DNA of 64,000 bases from Octopus sinensis (GCF_006345805.1 NC_043000.1:930001-994000), one strand, 5' to 3'. Positions 13,377 to 27,316 are shown, counted from the stretch's first letter. Notes: a model not told the origin generated them from the letters alone. A program made the numbers and translations.

Positions 13377-13388
13377 TTGTGTGTGTGT

Positions 13389-13690
13389 GGAGGCGCAATG
13401 ACCCAGTGGTTAGGGCAGCGGTCTCGCGGTTTCGATTCCCAAACCGGGCGTTGTGTGTGTTTATTGAGCGAAAACACCTTAAAGCCCCACGAGGCCCCTG
13501 CAGAGGGTGGTGGCGACCCATGTTGTACTCTTTCGCCCCAACTTTCTCTCACTCTTCCTGTTTCTTGAGTAACGCTGCGATGGACTGGCGTCCCGTCCAG
13601 TTGCGGGGAACACATACGCCATAGAAACCGGGAAACCGGGCCCATGAGCCTGGCTAGGCTTGAAAAGGGCGCATAAATAATAATGATAAT
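13389..13690 (+). mobile_element. SINE family C, tail type 1
   Basis: tRNA-like head ggaggcgcaatg..cagtggttagggcagcgg; tail gatggactggcgtcccgtccag. Confidence 0.85.
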
Positions 13691-13699
13691 TATTATTGT

Positions 13700-13739
<40 letters not shown>

Positions 13740-13826
13740 AATCCAAACGGGAAACAAAAAAAACAACAACAACAGGAACAATTACAGTAAAATTATTAAT
13801 AGGCGCTCAGGAAATGGAAGCAGGGA

Positions 13827-13864
13827 GGTATGACGTTTCGAGCGGAGCTCTTCGTCGGAAACAT
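13827..13864 (-). ncRNA. Hammerhead-like motif, U4C core variant
   Basis: gttt CCGACGA agagc-tcc-gctc GAAA cg TC atac; same family as 44980. Confidence 0.55.
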
Positions 13865-14039
13865 AAAGAAGGAAGAGAGAGGAAAGAAAGATCCCAGAGC
13901 GGGCAACAGGGAAAGAGAAAAAAGACGACTGGTGTTTACGAGTTGCACATGGTGAAAGGCGGATGTTACGATAACAAGAGCAAAGTGGGTTTTTAAAGGC
14001 AAAAGAGTGGAGACAAGGTTGGTAACCCAACAGATGTGT

Positions 14040-15910
14040 GTGTATGTGTGAGTGTGTGCGTGTGCGTGTGTGTATGTGTGTGTGTGAGGCGAGATGAAGA
14101 AACAAAAAAATATGTGTGTGTTAGTGTGTGCGTCAGTGTGTAGGCGTGTGAGGTAGGGCGAGACTAGTGGTCAGCTAGCAGACAAGGTCGGTAGTAAGAA
14201 AAAGAAGGAAGGAGGAAGGGAGGTCAGTAGTAAGAAAAAGAAGGAAGGAGGAAGGGAGGGAGGGGAAGGGGTGGGGGCGTATGTAGCGTGCCAGCGTGTG
14301 TTGAGTAGTAGTGTGTGTGTGTGTCCAGTGTCGTGGTGGTATTAATGGCGAGTAGATTGAATGTGTGTAAGAGTGATGTATATATATAGGCAATGTGTGT
14401 ATATGTGTGCGCGTGTGTGTAACGAAAAAGGGGGGGTTAAGGAAAAAGGACTCCAGCTGAGGGGAAGATGGAAGAGTGGTACCGCGGAGACAGGCGTGGG
14501 AAAACCCAACGACACGCGACGGTCCCAGGAACGGGCGGAGGTCTCGTCGGGTCCAAGAGCGAGGTGTATGCGGCGCGTATGCGTGCGCGAGCCGGCGCAG
14601 TGCGTATGTGCGCGCGCCTGCGAGTATGCGCGAAGTATGTATGTGTGTGGATGTGTGAGTGTGTCTGTGTGTATGTCTGGGTGGCAGTGTGTCCGATGAA
14701 TGTATGTGAGTATGTGTGTATGTATGTGTGTGCATAGATGTATGTCCGTGTGTGTGTGTGTGTGTGTGTATGTGTGTGAGTGTGTATGTATGTACGTGTG
14801 GGTGTGGGGAAGTGTGTGTATGTGCATGTGTGTGCGCGTACATACAGGTGTGTGAGTGAGTGTGGTGTGTGTGTATGTATGTGTGAGTGTGTATGTATGT
14901 GTGTGTAGGATGCATGTATGTGTATGGGTGTATGTATGCGTGTGGGTGTGTATGTATGTGTACGTGCGTGTGTGTGTGTGTATGCGTGTAGGTGTGCGCG
15001 TGTGCATGCATGCATGCATGTGCGTATGTGTGTGTGTGCATGTGTGTGGGTATATATGTATGTGCGTATATGTGTGTGTATGTGCGTACATGTGTGTGTG
15101 GTATGCATGTGTGTGTATGTAGGTGTGTAGGCGTGTGTGTATAGGTGTATGTATGTAAGTATGTATGGGTGTGTCCGTGTATGTGTGTGTGTATGTATGT
15201 GTGTGTATGTAGGTGTGTGGGCGTGTGTATATGTGTGTGTATGTAGGTGTGTGGGCGTGTGTATATAGGTGTATGTGTGTATGTCTGGGTGTGTCCGTGC
15301 ATGTTTGTGTGTGTGTGTGTATGCATGTGTATGTAGGTGTGTGTGTACGTGTGTAATGTATGTGTGTATGTGTGTGTATGCGTGCGTGTGTATATGTAGG
15401 TGCGTGTGTATGTGTGTGGGAGTGTAGGAGTGTAGGTGTGTGTGTGCGTGTGCGTGTTTATGTTGGTGTGTGCGTATGTGAGTGTGAGTGTATGGGTGTT
15501 TGTCATGCATGTGTGCGCGCGTGCAGGTGAGTGTGTGTGTAAGTATGTGTGTGTGTATGTTTGTGTGAGTGTGTATGTGTGTATGTCTGTGTGTATGTAT
15601 GTGCGTATAGGAGTATGGGGTATGTGTGTATGTATGTATATGGGTGTATGTATGTTGTGTGTGTGTGTGCATGTGTATAAGTATATGTGTGTGTGCGTAT
15701 GTGTGTATATGTGTATGTGTGTGGTTTATGTATGTGTGTTGGTATGTGTGTAGATGTATGTGTGTATGGGTGTGTGTCCGTGTGTGTTTGTGTGTGTGTG
15801 TAGGTAGATGTGTGTGTCTGAGTGAGGGTATGGCTGTGTAGGTGTGTGTGTGTATGAATGTAAGTGTGTGTGTATACAAGTGTAATGTATGTATGTAGGT
15901 ATATATATAC
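14040..15910. repeat. Long degenerate (TG)n/(TATG)n low-complexity tract
   Basis: Directly visible; source of the His/Thr-rich pseudo-ORFs. Confidence 0.95.
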
Positions 15911-15913
15911 ATA

Positions 15914-17094
15914 CAGGGGTTGGACAAAATAATGGAAACACCTTAAAATTTCAAACAAATTTATTTTAATATGGGGTAGGACCGCCTTTGTCAGTAATTA
16001 CAGCTTGAATTCTACGAGGTATGTCCATTCTTTAGCTAAAACAATTTCCAGTGCTTTAGTGATGATGTTGGAGTATATCGACTCCTTACTTGTTTTTCTA
16101 AAATGCTCCGTAAATGTTCGATAATATTGAGATCTGGGAACTGTGGTGGCCAGATGAGATATTCAACTTCACTAGAATGTTCCTCGTGACATTCAGTAAC
16201 AACTTTAGTTGTATGAATTGGTGCATTATGATCCTGAAAGATTGCGTTTCTCGACGGAAACAGTTCCTCAACATAGGATCAATTTGATCAGATAAAATGC
16301 TTAAATTGTCTTGACTATTAATTCCGCCATGAAGGGAAACCATTGGGCCGGCGGATTTCCAAGATATAGCCATTCCTCTCAGATTATCACAGATCATCCT
16401 CCATGTTTAACAGTTGGAAGAAATCAGTCTGGGTCAAATGCTTCTTTTGGCTGTCTCCACAGGTATACTCGACCGGTGGTCGGAATTAAAGTAAAGAATG
16501 ACTCGTCCGAGAAAATAACATTCTTCCACTGCTCTAGGGACCAATTCTGTAGGTTTTTACTCCCCTCTAAACGCTTTCCAGCGTTTGTTTTTGAAAGTAG
16601 GCATTTTCTGATTGCAGGCCCTCTCGTGAAATCCGTCTTTGTGCAGCTCCCGGCGAACAGTTTTATGTGGAAATTGGGTTCTCGAGGTAGTCATTAAGCT
16701 CTGCAGTAATTTTGGGAGCAGTACTTTTGTGATCATTTCCAATAATTAGCGTAAGAGTCCAACAGTCCCTATCTGAAAGTTTTGGTTTTCTTCCGGAGTT
16801 TTGTTTCGACGAGGAGGTTTTTTCACCCTTTCTCAAAGGCTCTCACTACTTTCGAGATAGTACTTCTTGATACATCTAACATTTTGGCTGTTTTCGTTAC
16901 GCTAGTGCCTACCATACGAGTACCAACAATTTTACCTCTTTGAAAGTCCGATAAATCTGTCATTTTGATGAATTTTAATTACCTTTTTCTGATGACATCT
17001 GAAAAAAAACCCCAGCAATTTTAGCAAAACATATCAAATCACAAAATTATGATGCTGTGATGCTAGGTGTTTCCATTATTTTGTCCAACCCCTG
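15914..17094 (-). mobile_element. Tc1-like (DD34E) DNA transposon, complete termini, broken transposase
   Basis: 30 bp perfect TIR caggggttggacaaaataatggaaacacct, TA on both sides; ATG at 16963 (MTDLSDFQRGKIVG), FQDHNAP and PDLNIIE motifs. Confidence 0.92.
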
Positions 17095-17140
17095 TATATA
17101 TATGCATGTATGTATATTTATATAAATATTATACATGTGC

Positions 17141-17193
<53 letters not shown>

Positions 17194-17195
<2 letters not shown>

Positions 17196-17598
17196 CGCAG
17201 GAGTGGCTGTGTGGTAAGTATCTTGCTAACCAACCACATGGTTCCGGGTTCAGTCCCACTGCGTGGCATCTTGGGCAAATGTCTTCTGCTATAGCCCCGG
17301 GCCGACCAATGCCTTGTGAGTGGATTTGGTAGACGGAAACTGAAAGAAGCCTGTCGTATATATGTATATATATATATATGTGTGTGTGTGTGTTTGTCCC
17401 CCTAGCATTGCTTGACAACCGATGCTGGTGTGTTTACGTCCCCGTCACTTAGCGGTTCGGCAAAAAGAGACCGATAGAATAAGTACTGGGCTTACAAAAA
17501 GAATAAGTCCCGGGGTCGAGTTGCTCGACTAAAGGCGGTGCTCCAGCATGGCCGCAGTCAAATGACTGAAACAAGTAAAAGAGTAAAGAGAGAAAGAG
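17194..17598 (+). mobile_element. SINE family A
   Basis: Full-length copy starting directly after a (TA)n tract. Confidence 0.9.
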
Positions 17599-17699
17599 TA
17601 TACACACACACATCCTCGTATCACACAACTACACCCGCACATATACAAACTTGGGCAACATTCCTTGTCTGGTAACCTTAAGTACATGGCAACGTATCA

Positions 17700-18065
17700 T
17701 CAGATGAAAGGATGAGCGTATAGGAGAAGTCTATGCATGGATATGTTAGAAGAAAGCTCCGTGGTGAGAGTAAGATTGATCATCAAAGCAGTCTATCATG
17801 GACCAATAGCAGAATTACTACCCCCCACTTTGAATCGTATGCGTTAACAATCCAGGAACAAGAAATATCAACCACATACCTGATGCACAAAAGGGACAGA
17901 GATGCCGGAAAAGCCGTAAAATGTGACAACCGATGCAGATTTTGTAGAGTTAACACCGAAAATATCATCCACATAATAAGCAGGTGTCCGAAAACGTCAT
18001 CACGGTATTATCTACCAACGAGACATAATACTGTAGCTAGGACACTCTATGATGAAATCTGCAAC
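17700..18065 (+). mobile_element. R4/Dong-like (restriction-like endonuclease class) non-LTR retrotransposon fragment
   Basis: IQEQEISTTY...CRFCRVNTENIIHIISRCP...RHNTVA is the CCHC knuckle plus RH.V motif of RLE-type LINEs. Confidence 0.75.
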
Positions 18066-18270
18066 AACCCACAGTATGGTGGAAGCCATAGCCACTCATA
18101 ATATATAGTTTAGCCTCAAATGGGAAATAATAAGAAAAGCACAACCTTATAAGAAATAGCAGATATAGGTGCGAGCTTTGCTCTAGGGAAACATATGAAA
18201 TTTTTAAGCATATAGATAATGTAAACCTGATGTTAATTTACATCTGTAAACGTCATATGTAAATTAACAT

Positions 18271-18488
18271 ACTCTTTACTCTTTTACTCTTATACTTGTT
18301 TCAGTCATTTGACTGCGGCCATGCTGGAGCACCGCCTTTAGTCGAGCAAATCGACCCCGGGACTTATTCTTTGTAAGCCCAGTACTTATTCTATCGGTGT
18401 CTTTTTGCCGAACCGCTAAGTGACGGGGACGTAAACACACCAGCATCAGTTGTCAAGCAATGCTAGAGGGACAAACACAGACACACAA

Positions 18489-18523
<35 letters not shown>

Positions 18524-18686
18524 CGACGGGCTTCTTTCAGTTTCCATCTACCAAATCCACTCACAAGGCATTAGTCGGCCCGGGGCTATAGCAGAAGATA
18601 CTTGCCCAAGATGCCACGCAGTGGGACTGAACCTGGAACCATGTGGTTGGTTAGCAAGCTACTTACCACACAGCCACTCCTGCGCC
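18271..18686 (-). mobile_element. SINE family A
   Basis: Full-length copy. Confidence 0.9.
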
Positions 18687-18960
18687 TAGCTTTTTTTTTT
18701 TTTTTTTTTTTTTTTGAAGCGCTGAAATGTATTATAGTACAAGCAGAAATATATATTTTTTTTCAACGCGTAAGTACTGATAGAACCGCATACGTAGGAT
18801 AAAATCCTTACAGAGCAGAAAAATCTGTCAGTAACCAGATTTCAACGCACTCGAGTAAGACCAGTTAACTTACATGTCTTTCGTGATACGCACACATACA
18901 CATACACACACTCACACACTTACACAAACACACAAACATGCATACATACATACATTTATA

Positions 18961-21033
18961 CTCTCTTTACTCTTTACTCTTTTACTTGTTTCAGTCATTT
19001 GACTGCGGCCATGCTGGAGCACCACCTTTTAGTACTTATTCTATCGGTCTCTTTTTGCCGAAACGCTAAGTGACGGGGACCTAAACACACCAGCATCGGT
19101 TGTCAAGCAATGCTAGGGGGACAAACACAGACACACAACACACGCATACATATATATATACATATATGACATGCTTCTTTCAGTTTCCGTCTACCAAATC
19201 CACTCACAAGGCATTAGTCGGCCCGAGGCTATAGCAGAAGACACTTGCCCAAGATGCCACGCAGTGGGACTGAACCCGCAACCGTGTGGTTGGTTAGCAA
19301 GCTACTTACCACACACCACTCCTGCACATATATTTTGTTTGAACAGAATGTACAAATTATATATTTCTTATAAGGCCTCTAAGGTCAAAGGGTTCACAAC
19401 CTGTAAACATTAAATGCTGAAGACAAGTTCATGAATATGTTACATTAAGTCATTATGTAAATTAAGAATAGCCTCCATATTGTTATCTACGTTGCAAAAA
19501 CCTTGTCTGATTTCGCCTATTTTACTCTTATTTCTATCTCTCTTTTCTCTTTTACTCTCTTTTACTTGTTTCAGTCATTTGACTGCGGCCATGCTGGAGC
19601 ACCGCTTTAATCGAGCAACTCGACCCCCCGGTACTTATTCTTTTGTAAGCCCAGTACTTATTCTATCGGTCTCTTTTGCCGAACCGCTAAGTAACGGGGA
19701 CATAAACACACCAGCATCGGTTGTCAAGCAATGCTAGGGGGACAAACACAGACACACAAACACACGCATACATATATATATACATATATACGACAGGCTT
19801 CTTTCAGTTTCCGTCTACCAAATCCACTCACAAGGCATTAGTCGGCCCGAGGCTATAGCAGAAGACACTTGCCCAAGATGCCACGCAGTGGGACTGAACC
19901 CGCAACCGTGTGGTTGGTTAGCAAGCTACTTACCACACAGCCACTCCTGCACATATATTTTGTTTGAACAGAATGTACAAATTATATATTTCTTATAAGG
20001 CCTCTAAGGTCAAAGGTGTCACAAACCTGTAAACATTAAATGCTGAAGACAAGTTCATGAATATGTTACATTAAGTCATTATGTAAATTAAGAATAGCCT
20101 CCAGTATTGTTATCTATCGTTGCAAAAACCTTGTCTGATTTCGCCTATTTTACTCTTATTTCTATCTCTCTTTTCTCTTTTACTCTCTTTTACTTGTTTC
20201 AGTCATTTGACTGCGGCCATGCTGGAGCACCGCCTTTAATCGAGCAACTCGACCCCCCGGTACTTATTCTTTTGTAAGCCCAGTACTTATTCTATCGGTC
20301 TCTTTTGCCGACCGCTAAGTAACGGGGACATAAACACACCAGCATCGGTTGTCAAGCAATGCTAGGGGGACAAACACAGACACAAACACACGCATACATA
20401 TATATATCATATATACGACAGGCTTCTTTCAGTTTCGTCTACCAATCCACTCACAAGGCATTAGTCGGCCCGAGGCTATAGCAGAAGACACTTGCCCAAG
20501 ATGCCACGCATGGGACTGAACCCGCAACCGTGTGGTTGGTTAGCAAGCTACTTACCACACAGCCACTCCTGCACATATTTTTGTTTGAACAGAATGTACA
20601 AATTATATATTTCTTATAAGGCCTCTAAGGTCAAAGGTGTCACAACCTGTAAACATTAAATGCTGAAGACAAGTTCATGAATATGTTACATTAAGTCATT
20701 ATGTAAATTAAGAATAGCCTCCAGTATTGTTATCTATCGTTGCAAAAACCTTGTCTGATTTCGCCTATTTTACTCTTATTTCTATCTCTCTTTTCTCTTT
20801 TACTCTCTTTTACTTGTTTCAGTCATTTGACTGCGGCCATGCTGGAGCACCGCCTTTAATCGAGCAACTCGACCCCCCGGTACTTATTCTTTTGTAAGCC
20901 CAGTACTTATTCTATCGGTCTCTTTTGCCGAACCGCTAAGTAACGGGGACATAACACACCAGCATTGGTTGTCAAGCGATGTTGAGGGGACAAACACAGA
21001 CACACAAACTTATACACACACACACACACACAC

Positions 21034-21078
<45 letters not shown>

Positions 21079-21340
21079 CGACGGGCTTCTTTTCATTTTC
21101 CGTCTACCAAATCCACTCACAAGGCTTTGGTCAGCCAGAGGCTATAGTAGAAGACACTTGCCCAAGGTGCCACGCAGTGGGACCGAACCCGGAACCATGT
21201 GATTGGTTAGCAAGCTACTTACCACACAGCCGCTCCTGTGCCATTAAGTCATTATATAAATTAAAATAGCCTCCAGTATTGTTATTTATCGTTGCAAAAA
21301 CCTTGTCTGATATAGCCTATTTTACTCTTATTTTTATCTA
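18961..21340 (-). repeat. Tandem array of four ~580-630 bp units, each a SINE-A plus a ~215 bp unique spacer
   Basis: The motif tttacttgtttcagtc recurs at 18981, 19561, 20189 and 20809; the spacer cacatatattttgtttgaacag... is repeated. Confidence 0.85.
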
Positions 21341-21566
21341 TATCAGATAACTTAATAAAGGTATACATTCAGCGAATCAAGGCTGTATCAGAATCCGTTT
21401 TTTTCTTTTGAGAACATAATGCCTTTGAACTTGAAACGTACCTTGTTAAAACCAAGGTAACTGAATATATTCTGCTACTCCCCTCTCAAAAGGGCTCTTC
21501 CTCGTGAGATGTTTAAAATGTAGTTCATACATGTTCATATACGTCACAATTTAATTGCATTATGTG

Positions 21567-21616
<50 letters not shown>

Positions 21617-21682
21617 TGTGTGTGTGCGCGTTTGTGTCTGCGTATAGGTGTATCTGTGTGCCTGTGTATATGTGTATGTGTT

Positions 21683-21810
21683 TAGGTCGACTTTGCCTTT
21701 CATCCTTTCGGGGTCGATAAATAAAGTACCAGTTTCGCACTGGGGTCGATGTAATCGACTTAAACCCTTTGTCTAACCTTGTTTATCCCCTTGTGGGCAA
21801 TAAAGAAATA
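21683..21810 (+). mobile_element. SINE family B 3' fragment
   Basis: Central domain and tail only. Confidence 0.8.
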
Positions 21811-21854
21811 TATATGTGTATATGTTTGTGTGTGCGTATAGGTGTATTTGTGTG

Positions 21855-21896
<42 letters not shown>

Positions 21897-21957
21897 CATA
21901 TCACGAAAGGCACGTGAGTTAATTGGGCCTCTCGAGTGCGTTCTAATCGAACATTGT

Positions 21958-22340
21958 GGAGGCGCAATGGCCCAGTGGTTAGGGCAGCGGACTCGCGGTC
22001 ATAGGATCGCGGTTTCGATTCCCAGACCGGGCGCGGTGAGTGTTTATTGAGCGAAAACACCTAAAGCTCCACGAGGCTCCGGCAGGGGGTGGTGGTGATC
22101 CCTGCTGTACTCTTTCACCACAACTTTCTCTCACTCTTACTTCCTGTTTCTGTTGTACCTCTATTTCAAAGGGCCGGCCTTGTCACTCTCTGTGTCACGC
22201 TGAATATCCCCGAGAACTACGTTAAGGGTACACGTGTCTGTGGAGTGCCCAGCCAATTACACGTTAATTTCACGAGCAGGCTGTTCCGTTGATTCGGATC
22301 AACTGGAACCCTCGTCGTCGTAACCGACGGAGTGCTTCCA
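21958..22340 (+). mobile_element. SINE family C, tail type 2
   Basis: TSD-like tctaatcgaaca at 21942-21953 and 22342-22353. Confidence 0.9.
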
Positions 22341-22489
22341 CTCTAATCGAACAAGTTAACCGTTCTCCACAAACTGGTTCAAAGTTCGAATATTGCTGAC
22401 TTACAGAGCTATGGTCGAACAACTGAAATCACGTGCCAGACAGACACGGCTGCCAGACAAGTCAACCACCAATAACTAACAACAATAAC

Positions 22490-22700
22490 ATCGAGGAGAA
22501 CCTGCGAAAGAAAAAAATTCCTTTGCAAAAATGTCCAAACCATCGTTGACATATCTGTACACTTAAAGCTTTATGCCCATATACAGATTGAATATATTTC
22601 TTGCCGCTTCCATACCTAAAGAACCACCTTTTGAATTCATGCAGCATCCAGTGTCTTATATGAACGTAATCTAAACTCATTTTAAAAGGCATAATCGATA
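22490..22700 (-). mobile_element. mariner N-terminal remnant
   Basis: HIRHWMLHEFKR...VYGHKALSVQICQRWFGHFCKG is the mariner HTH region. Confidence 0.7.
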
Positions 22701-24055
22701 TAAATTTAACAAGTACGATATAAAGTAATCTACAAAGAAAGATAAAAACATTAGAAGGTAAAAAATTAATGCTTGTTTTACCTGTAAATATTTAAAAAGT
22801 AATCACGTTTAAAACTCGACGGGACTTGCTTCCTAACCTAATATTTACAATGCGGTGTTTTGTTATATACCTTTGTAAGTCCCGAGGTTAAACATATATT
22901 TGTCAACCTATTTTTAATTATTCTTATACATAAGGCTAGTATCCTTTTCAGCCCCCATATTTAGGTTAGATCTATTTTTAAATTTCTATATTTAGATAAT
23001 TTATCCATTTCTTTACATTGTTACTTATTGAGGCTTTTTGTTACCAAGATATCTGTTGAAATACACTGCCTTTGAATCAAATTAATCTTTAAAATAATGA
23101 AGGATTAAATAAAATAATCCTGTCCTTATTAAGCTGATGTTTGGAACGTATATTAACACGAAACTTTGATGTTAAAGATTTAGTTTAAATCATTGTAAGA
23201 CTGGAGGATTCTAACATAGAACCAGAAGTGTCCAAAGGAGGGTTGGTATGGAAAAAGTTAAGCTCCAATACTATTTTCGATTGTCATTTTCTAAGGCAAG
23301 AAGTGGTTGATATTAGTACCAGAGTGTGTTAATTTTTTTCATCAGCAGTTGTAATTTACTACCTTATTGTGTCTCCAAGTATATTTTTTTCGCTGCTATA
23401 GTATTTTCTCAGTATTCTCATTTTATGTTTTCACTGCACTTCTGCGGGTAGCTGCATGCGTTTTTGGCATGCACAATATTTTGTTTTGCGTTTGTATATT
23501 CTATTGTATTGCCAGTACTCTATGAATTATATATGCTGTGTAAATTAATGGTATTTACTGTATGTTGTATCTGAATATATGTGAGTCCTGGGGTTAAAAA
23601 TATGTATTTGTTTGTCTATTTTTAATTATTCGTATTTATAGGAATAGTATTTTTTAGGTTAGATCTTTTTTCCAGATTCTTAAATTTGGATAATTTCTCC
23701 ATTGTTTTATATTTTCATTTACTTGGATTGCTACTTAGGTTATTGCTGCCAAGAAAATTCCTTAACAGCGATATTCGATGACATTAACTTATTCTCCTAC
23801 TCTGTGATCTCGTATATCCTAAACTACTATCACTTAACCATTAACTGAGGTTCTTTCTTGAATATATTTATAACACATATTTGCTATTGGTGAATAATAA
23901 TGCTGGCACGTTTATGCAAGTCCAAGCTTTGTCACGTCCACAGATGTATTCTGTATTGGCTGAAACTGGACAACCATACACAATATAGTAAACTATTTCT
24001 ATCTACCCTCCCAATATTCAGCAGTTACTTAATATATTCAACATAATTTTTTATA

Positions 24056-24218
24056 GGTGTAGGAGTGGCTGTGTGGTAAATAGCTTGCTTACGAACTACA
24101 TGGTTCCGGGTTCACTCCCACTGCGTGGCACCTTGAGCAAATGTCTTCTACTATAGCCTCGGGCAGACCAAAGCCTTGTGAGTGGATTTGGTAGACGGAA
24201 ACTGAAAGAAGCCCGTCG

Positions 24219-24280
<62 letters not shown>

Positions 24281-24508
24281 CATGTGTGTGTGTATGTTTG
24301 TGTGTCTGTGTTTGTCTCCCCAACATCGCTTGACAACTGATGCTGGTGTGTTTACGTCCCCGTAACTTAGCGGTTCGGCAAAAGAGACCGATAGAATAAG
24401 TACTAGGCTTACAAAGAATAAGTCCTGGGGGTCGATTTGCTTGACTAAAGGCGGTTCTCCAGCATGGCCGCAGTCAAAATGACTGAAACAAGTAAAAGAG
24501 TAAAAAGA
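24056..24508 (+). mobile_element. SINE family A
   Basis: Full-length copy. Confidence 0.9.
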
Positions 24509-24710
24509 AAGTATGGTTTCTGTGAGAAGGATTTGATTCTGTGCACATTCAAAATGCTTCACCTCAATATCTATTTTTGCCGTATTCAGTTTTCAAGTAT
24601 TGGCCTTGCATCGGCTTTCCTTGCCATCTGTTGCTCTGTTTGCCGTTTCCTTTTTACCCATTACATTATATGTGTTGTTCTTCCACCCACCTTTTCTTTT
24701 TTCATAACTA

Positions 24711-25125
24711 GGCGCAGGAGTGGCTGTGTGGTAAGTAGCTTGTTTACCAAACACATGGTTCCGGGTTCAGTCCCATTGCGTGGCATCTTGGGCAAGTGTC
24801 TTCTACTATAGCCTCGGGCCGACCAATGCCTTGTGAGTGGATTTGGTAGACGGAAACTGAAAGAAGCCTGTCGTATATATGTATATATATGGATATATGT
24901 GTGTGCGTGTATGTTTGTGTTTGTCCCCCTAGCATTGCTTGACAACCGATGCTGGTGTGTTTACGTCCCCGTCACTTAGCGGTTCGGCAAAAGAGAACGA
25001 TAGAATAAGTACTAGGCTTACAAATAATAAGTCCTGGGGGTCGATTTGCTCGACTAAAGGCGGTGCTCCAGCATGGCCGCAGTCAAATGACTGAAACAAG
25101 TAAAAGAGAAAAAGATAAAAGATAA
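24711..25125 (+). mobile_element. SINE family A
   Basis: Full-length copy. Confidence 0.9.
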
Positions 25126-25244
25126 GATCTACGATTTCGGTCTCCGCTTTGTATTTCTTGGCTTCCCTTAAACATACTTAACATGATTCTGTTTTTTAAT
25201 TTCTACATTTTACTCGCATATGAAGCTGTCTGTAATAGAGGAGT

Positions 25245-25628
25245 GGAGGCGCAATGGCCCAGTGGTTAGGGCAGCGGACTGGCGGTCATAGGATCGCGGT
25301 TTCGATTCCCAGACCGGGCGTTGTGAGTGTTTATTGAGCGAAAACACCTAAAAAAGCTCCACGAGGCTCCGGCAGGGGGTGGTGGTGATCCCTGCTGTAC
25401 TCTTTCACCACAACTTTCTCTCACTCTTACTTCCTGTTTCTGTTGTACCTCTATTTCAAAGGGCCGGCCTTGTCACTCTCTGTGTCACGCTGAATATCCC
25501 TGAGAACTACGGTAAGGGCACGCGTGTCTGTGGAGTGCTCAGCCACTTACACGTTAATTTCACGAGCAGGCTGTTCCGTTGATCGGATCAACCGGAACCC
25601 TCGTCGTCGTAACCGACGGAGTGCTTCC
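25245..25628 (+). mobile_element. SINE family C, tail type 2
   Basis: TSD-like ctgtaataga at 25230-25239 and 25630-25639. Confidence 0.9.
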
Positions 25629-25941
25629 CCTGTAATAGAACTCCATCGTTCTCTACTAAATATCTTTGTAATCTTTCAATTAATATTATATAAATTTCTA
25701 GTAGCCTCAGGGCCCAACTATTCTGTATTCATGACAAAAACAATTTCCTATATCTGATTTTTGGGTGGTGTATTTTAAATGTAGTCTTTAGGTTTCTTCT
25801 TTTTCCTTCCAGTTTTAGTGAGACCGGATGGAACAGTGCACAATCAACTTCAGTAGGATTTGTACTCAAAACGTAAAGAGATATCACTAATGCTGAACTC
25901 CGAACGTAAAGACAAAATATGTAAGTAGCATATTAGCATAT

Positions 25942-26424
<483 letters not shown>

Positions 26425-26425
<1 letters not shown>

Positions 26426-27316
26426 TGTTTCTTTATTAGCCACACAGGGCTGCACACAGATAGAACAAATTACAAGGTAGAGCTTTTCTTTTGAAGGTTT
26501 AAAAAAAAAAAAAAAAAGGAAGGGGGGTTTCGATCAAAAGGGGGAGAGGAAAAAAAAAAATTGATCAATAGGGATCGTTATCACAGAAATGTCAATATGA
26601 AGTGTAAAGGGGAGGACAGGTGAGGTTTACCCGTGGAAAGAAAAGCCTACGGAAAAGACCACGGTAACCTCGGTCAATGGAGTCACATGTTATATTTCTT
26701 TTTTTTTTTTTTTGCAAATAAGCAACTCTCTGTTTTCAATTTCTGCGTTCATAGGATCATGCTCAAGGTGGCTTCGTCATTCATACGTGCCATTCTTGCT
26801 ACATTCACCCATCTTTTTTTAAAACGTTCGCTAGAAAAAACTTGCCTCTCTACTCTCACTTTCCTTTTCAAGTGGTACTTGAAGAAGTTGATGAGAGATT
26901 AACCAGAGAGGAAAGTGTTTGTCTCCAATCCTTTCAGACGCGTCCACCAGATACATTCTTTCGCCATAGCCACAAGGATGATGAAAATAGCTCTTCCTTC
27001 CCGTTTGAAGGAAGGAGGCGTGACGATATTGACGATAGACTCAGCTGATAAACCGACTCGTCCCACACGTGACAGCAGTTGTTCGACACAAGCCCACAGG
27101 TCGGAAATTGTTGGACACTGCACGAGTGCGTGCAGAACGGTTTCGTCGCTCTGACCGCATCTCGGGCAGGTCGGCCCCGTGTTTCTCGAGCCGTGTCTGT
27201 AGAGCTTATCCCGAACGGGTAGCGCTTCTCGGTAGCACTGCCAGGCCAGGGATCTCTGGAAGTTGTCCATGGGCCCTGGCCCGAAAGTCGTCCTGAACAG
27301 GCGGGTCAGGTACTCC
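26425..27316 (-). mobile_element. Tx1/L1-like LINE, 5'-truncated, inside (GATA)n
   Basis: C-terminal zinc-knuckle region CPRCGQSDETVLHALVQCP (zf-RVT-like), 3' UTR with AATAAA; GATA repeats on both sides. Confidence 0.85.

Noticed and set aside
14175-15958. Long His/Thr- or Cys/Val-rich ORFs (up to 496 aa), also at 43586-44586 and 47098-47696
   Set aside because: They are translations of (CA)n/(TACA)n microsatellites, with no domain content or splice support.
22880-23710. Diverged ~140 bp direct repeat (about 22880-23020 and 23590-23710)
   Set aside because: Too degenerate to assign; probably old repeat fragments.
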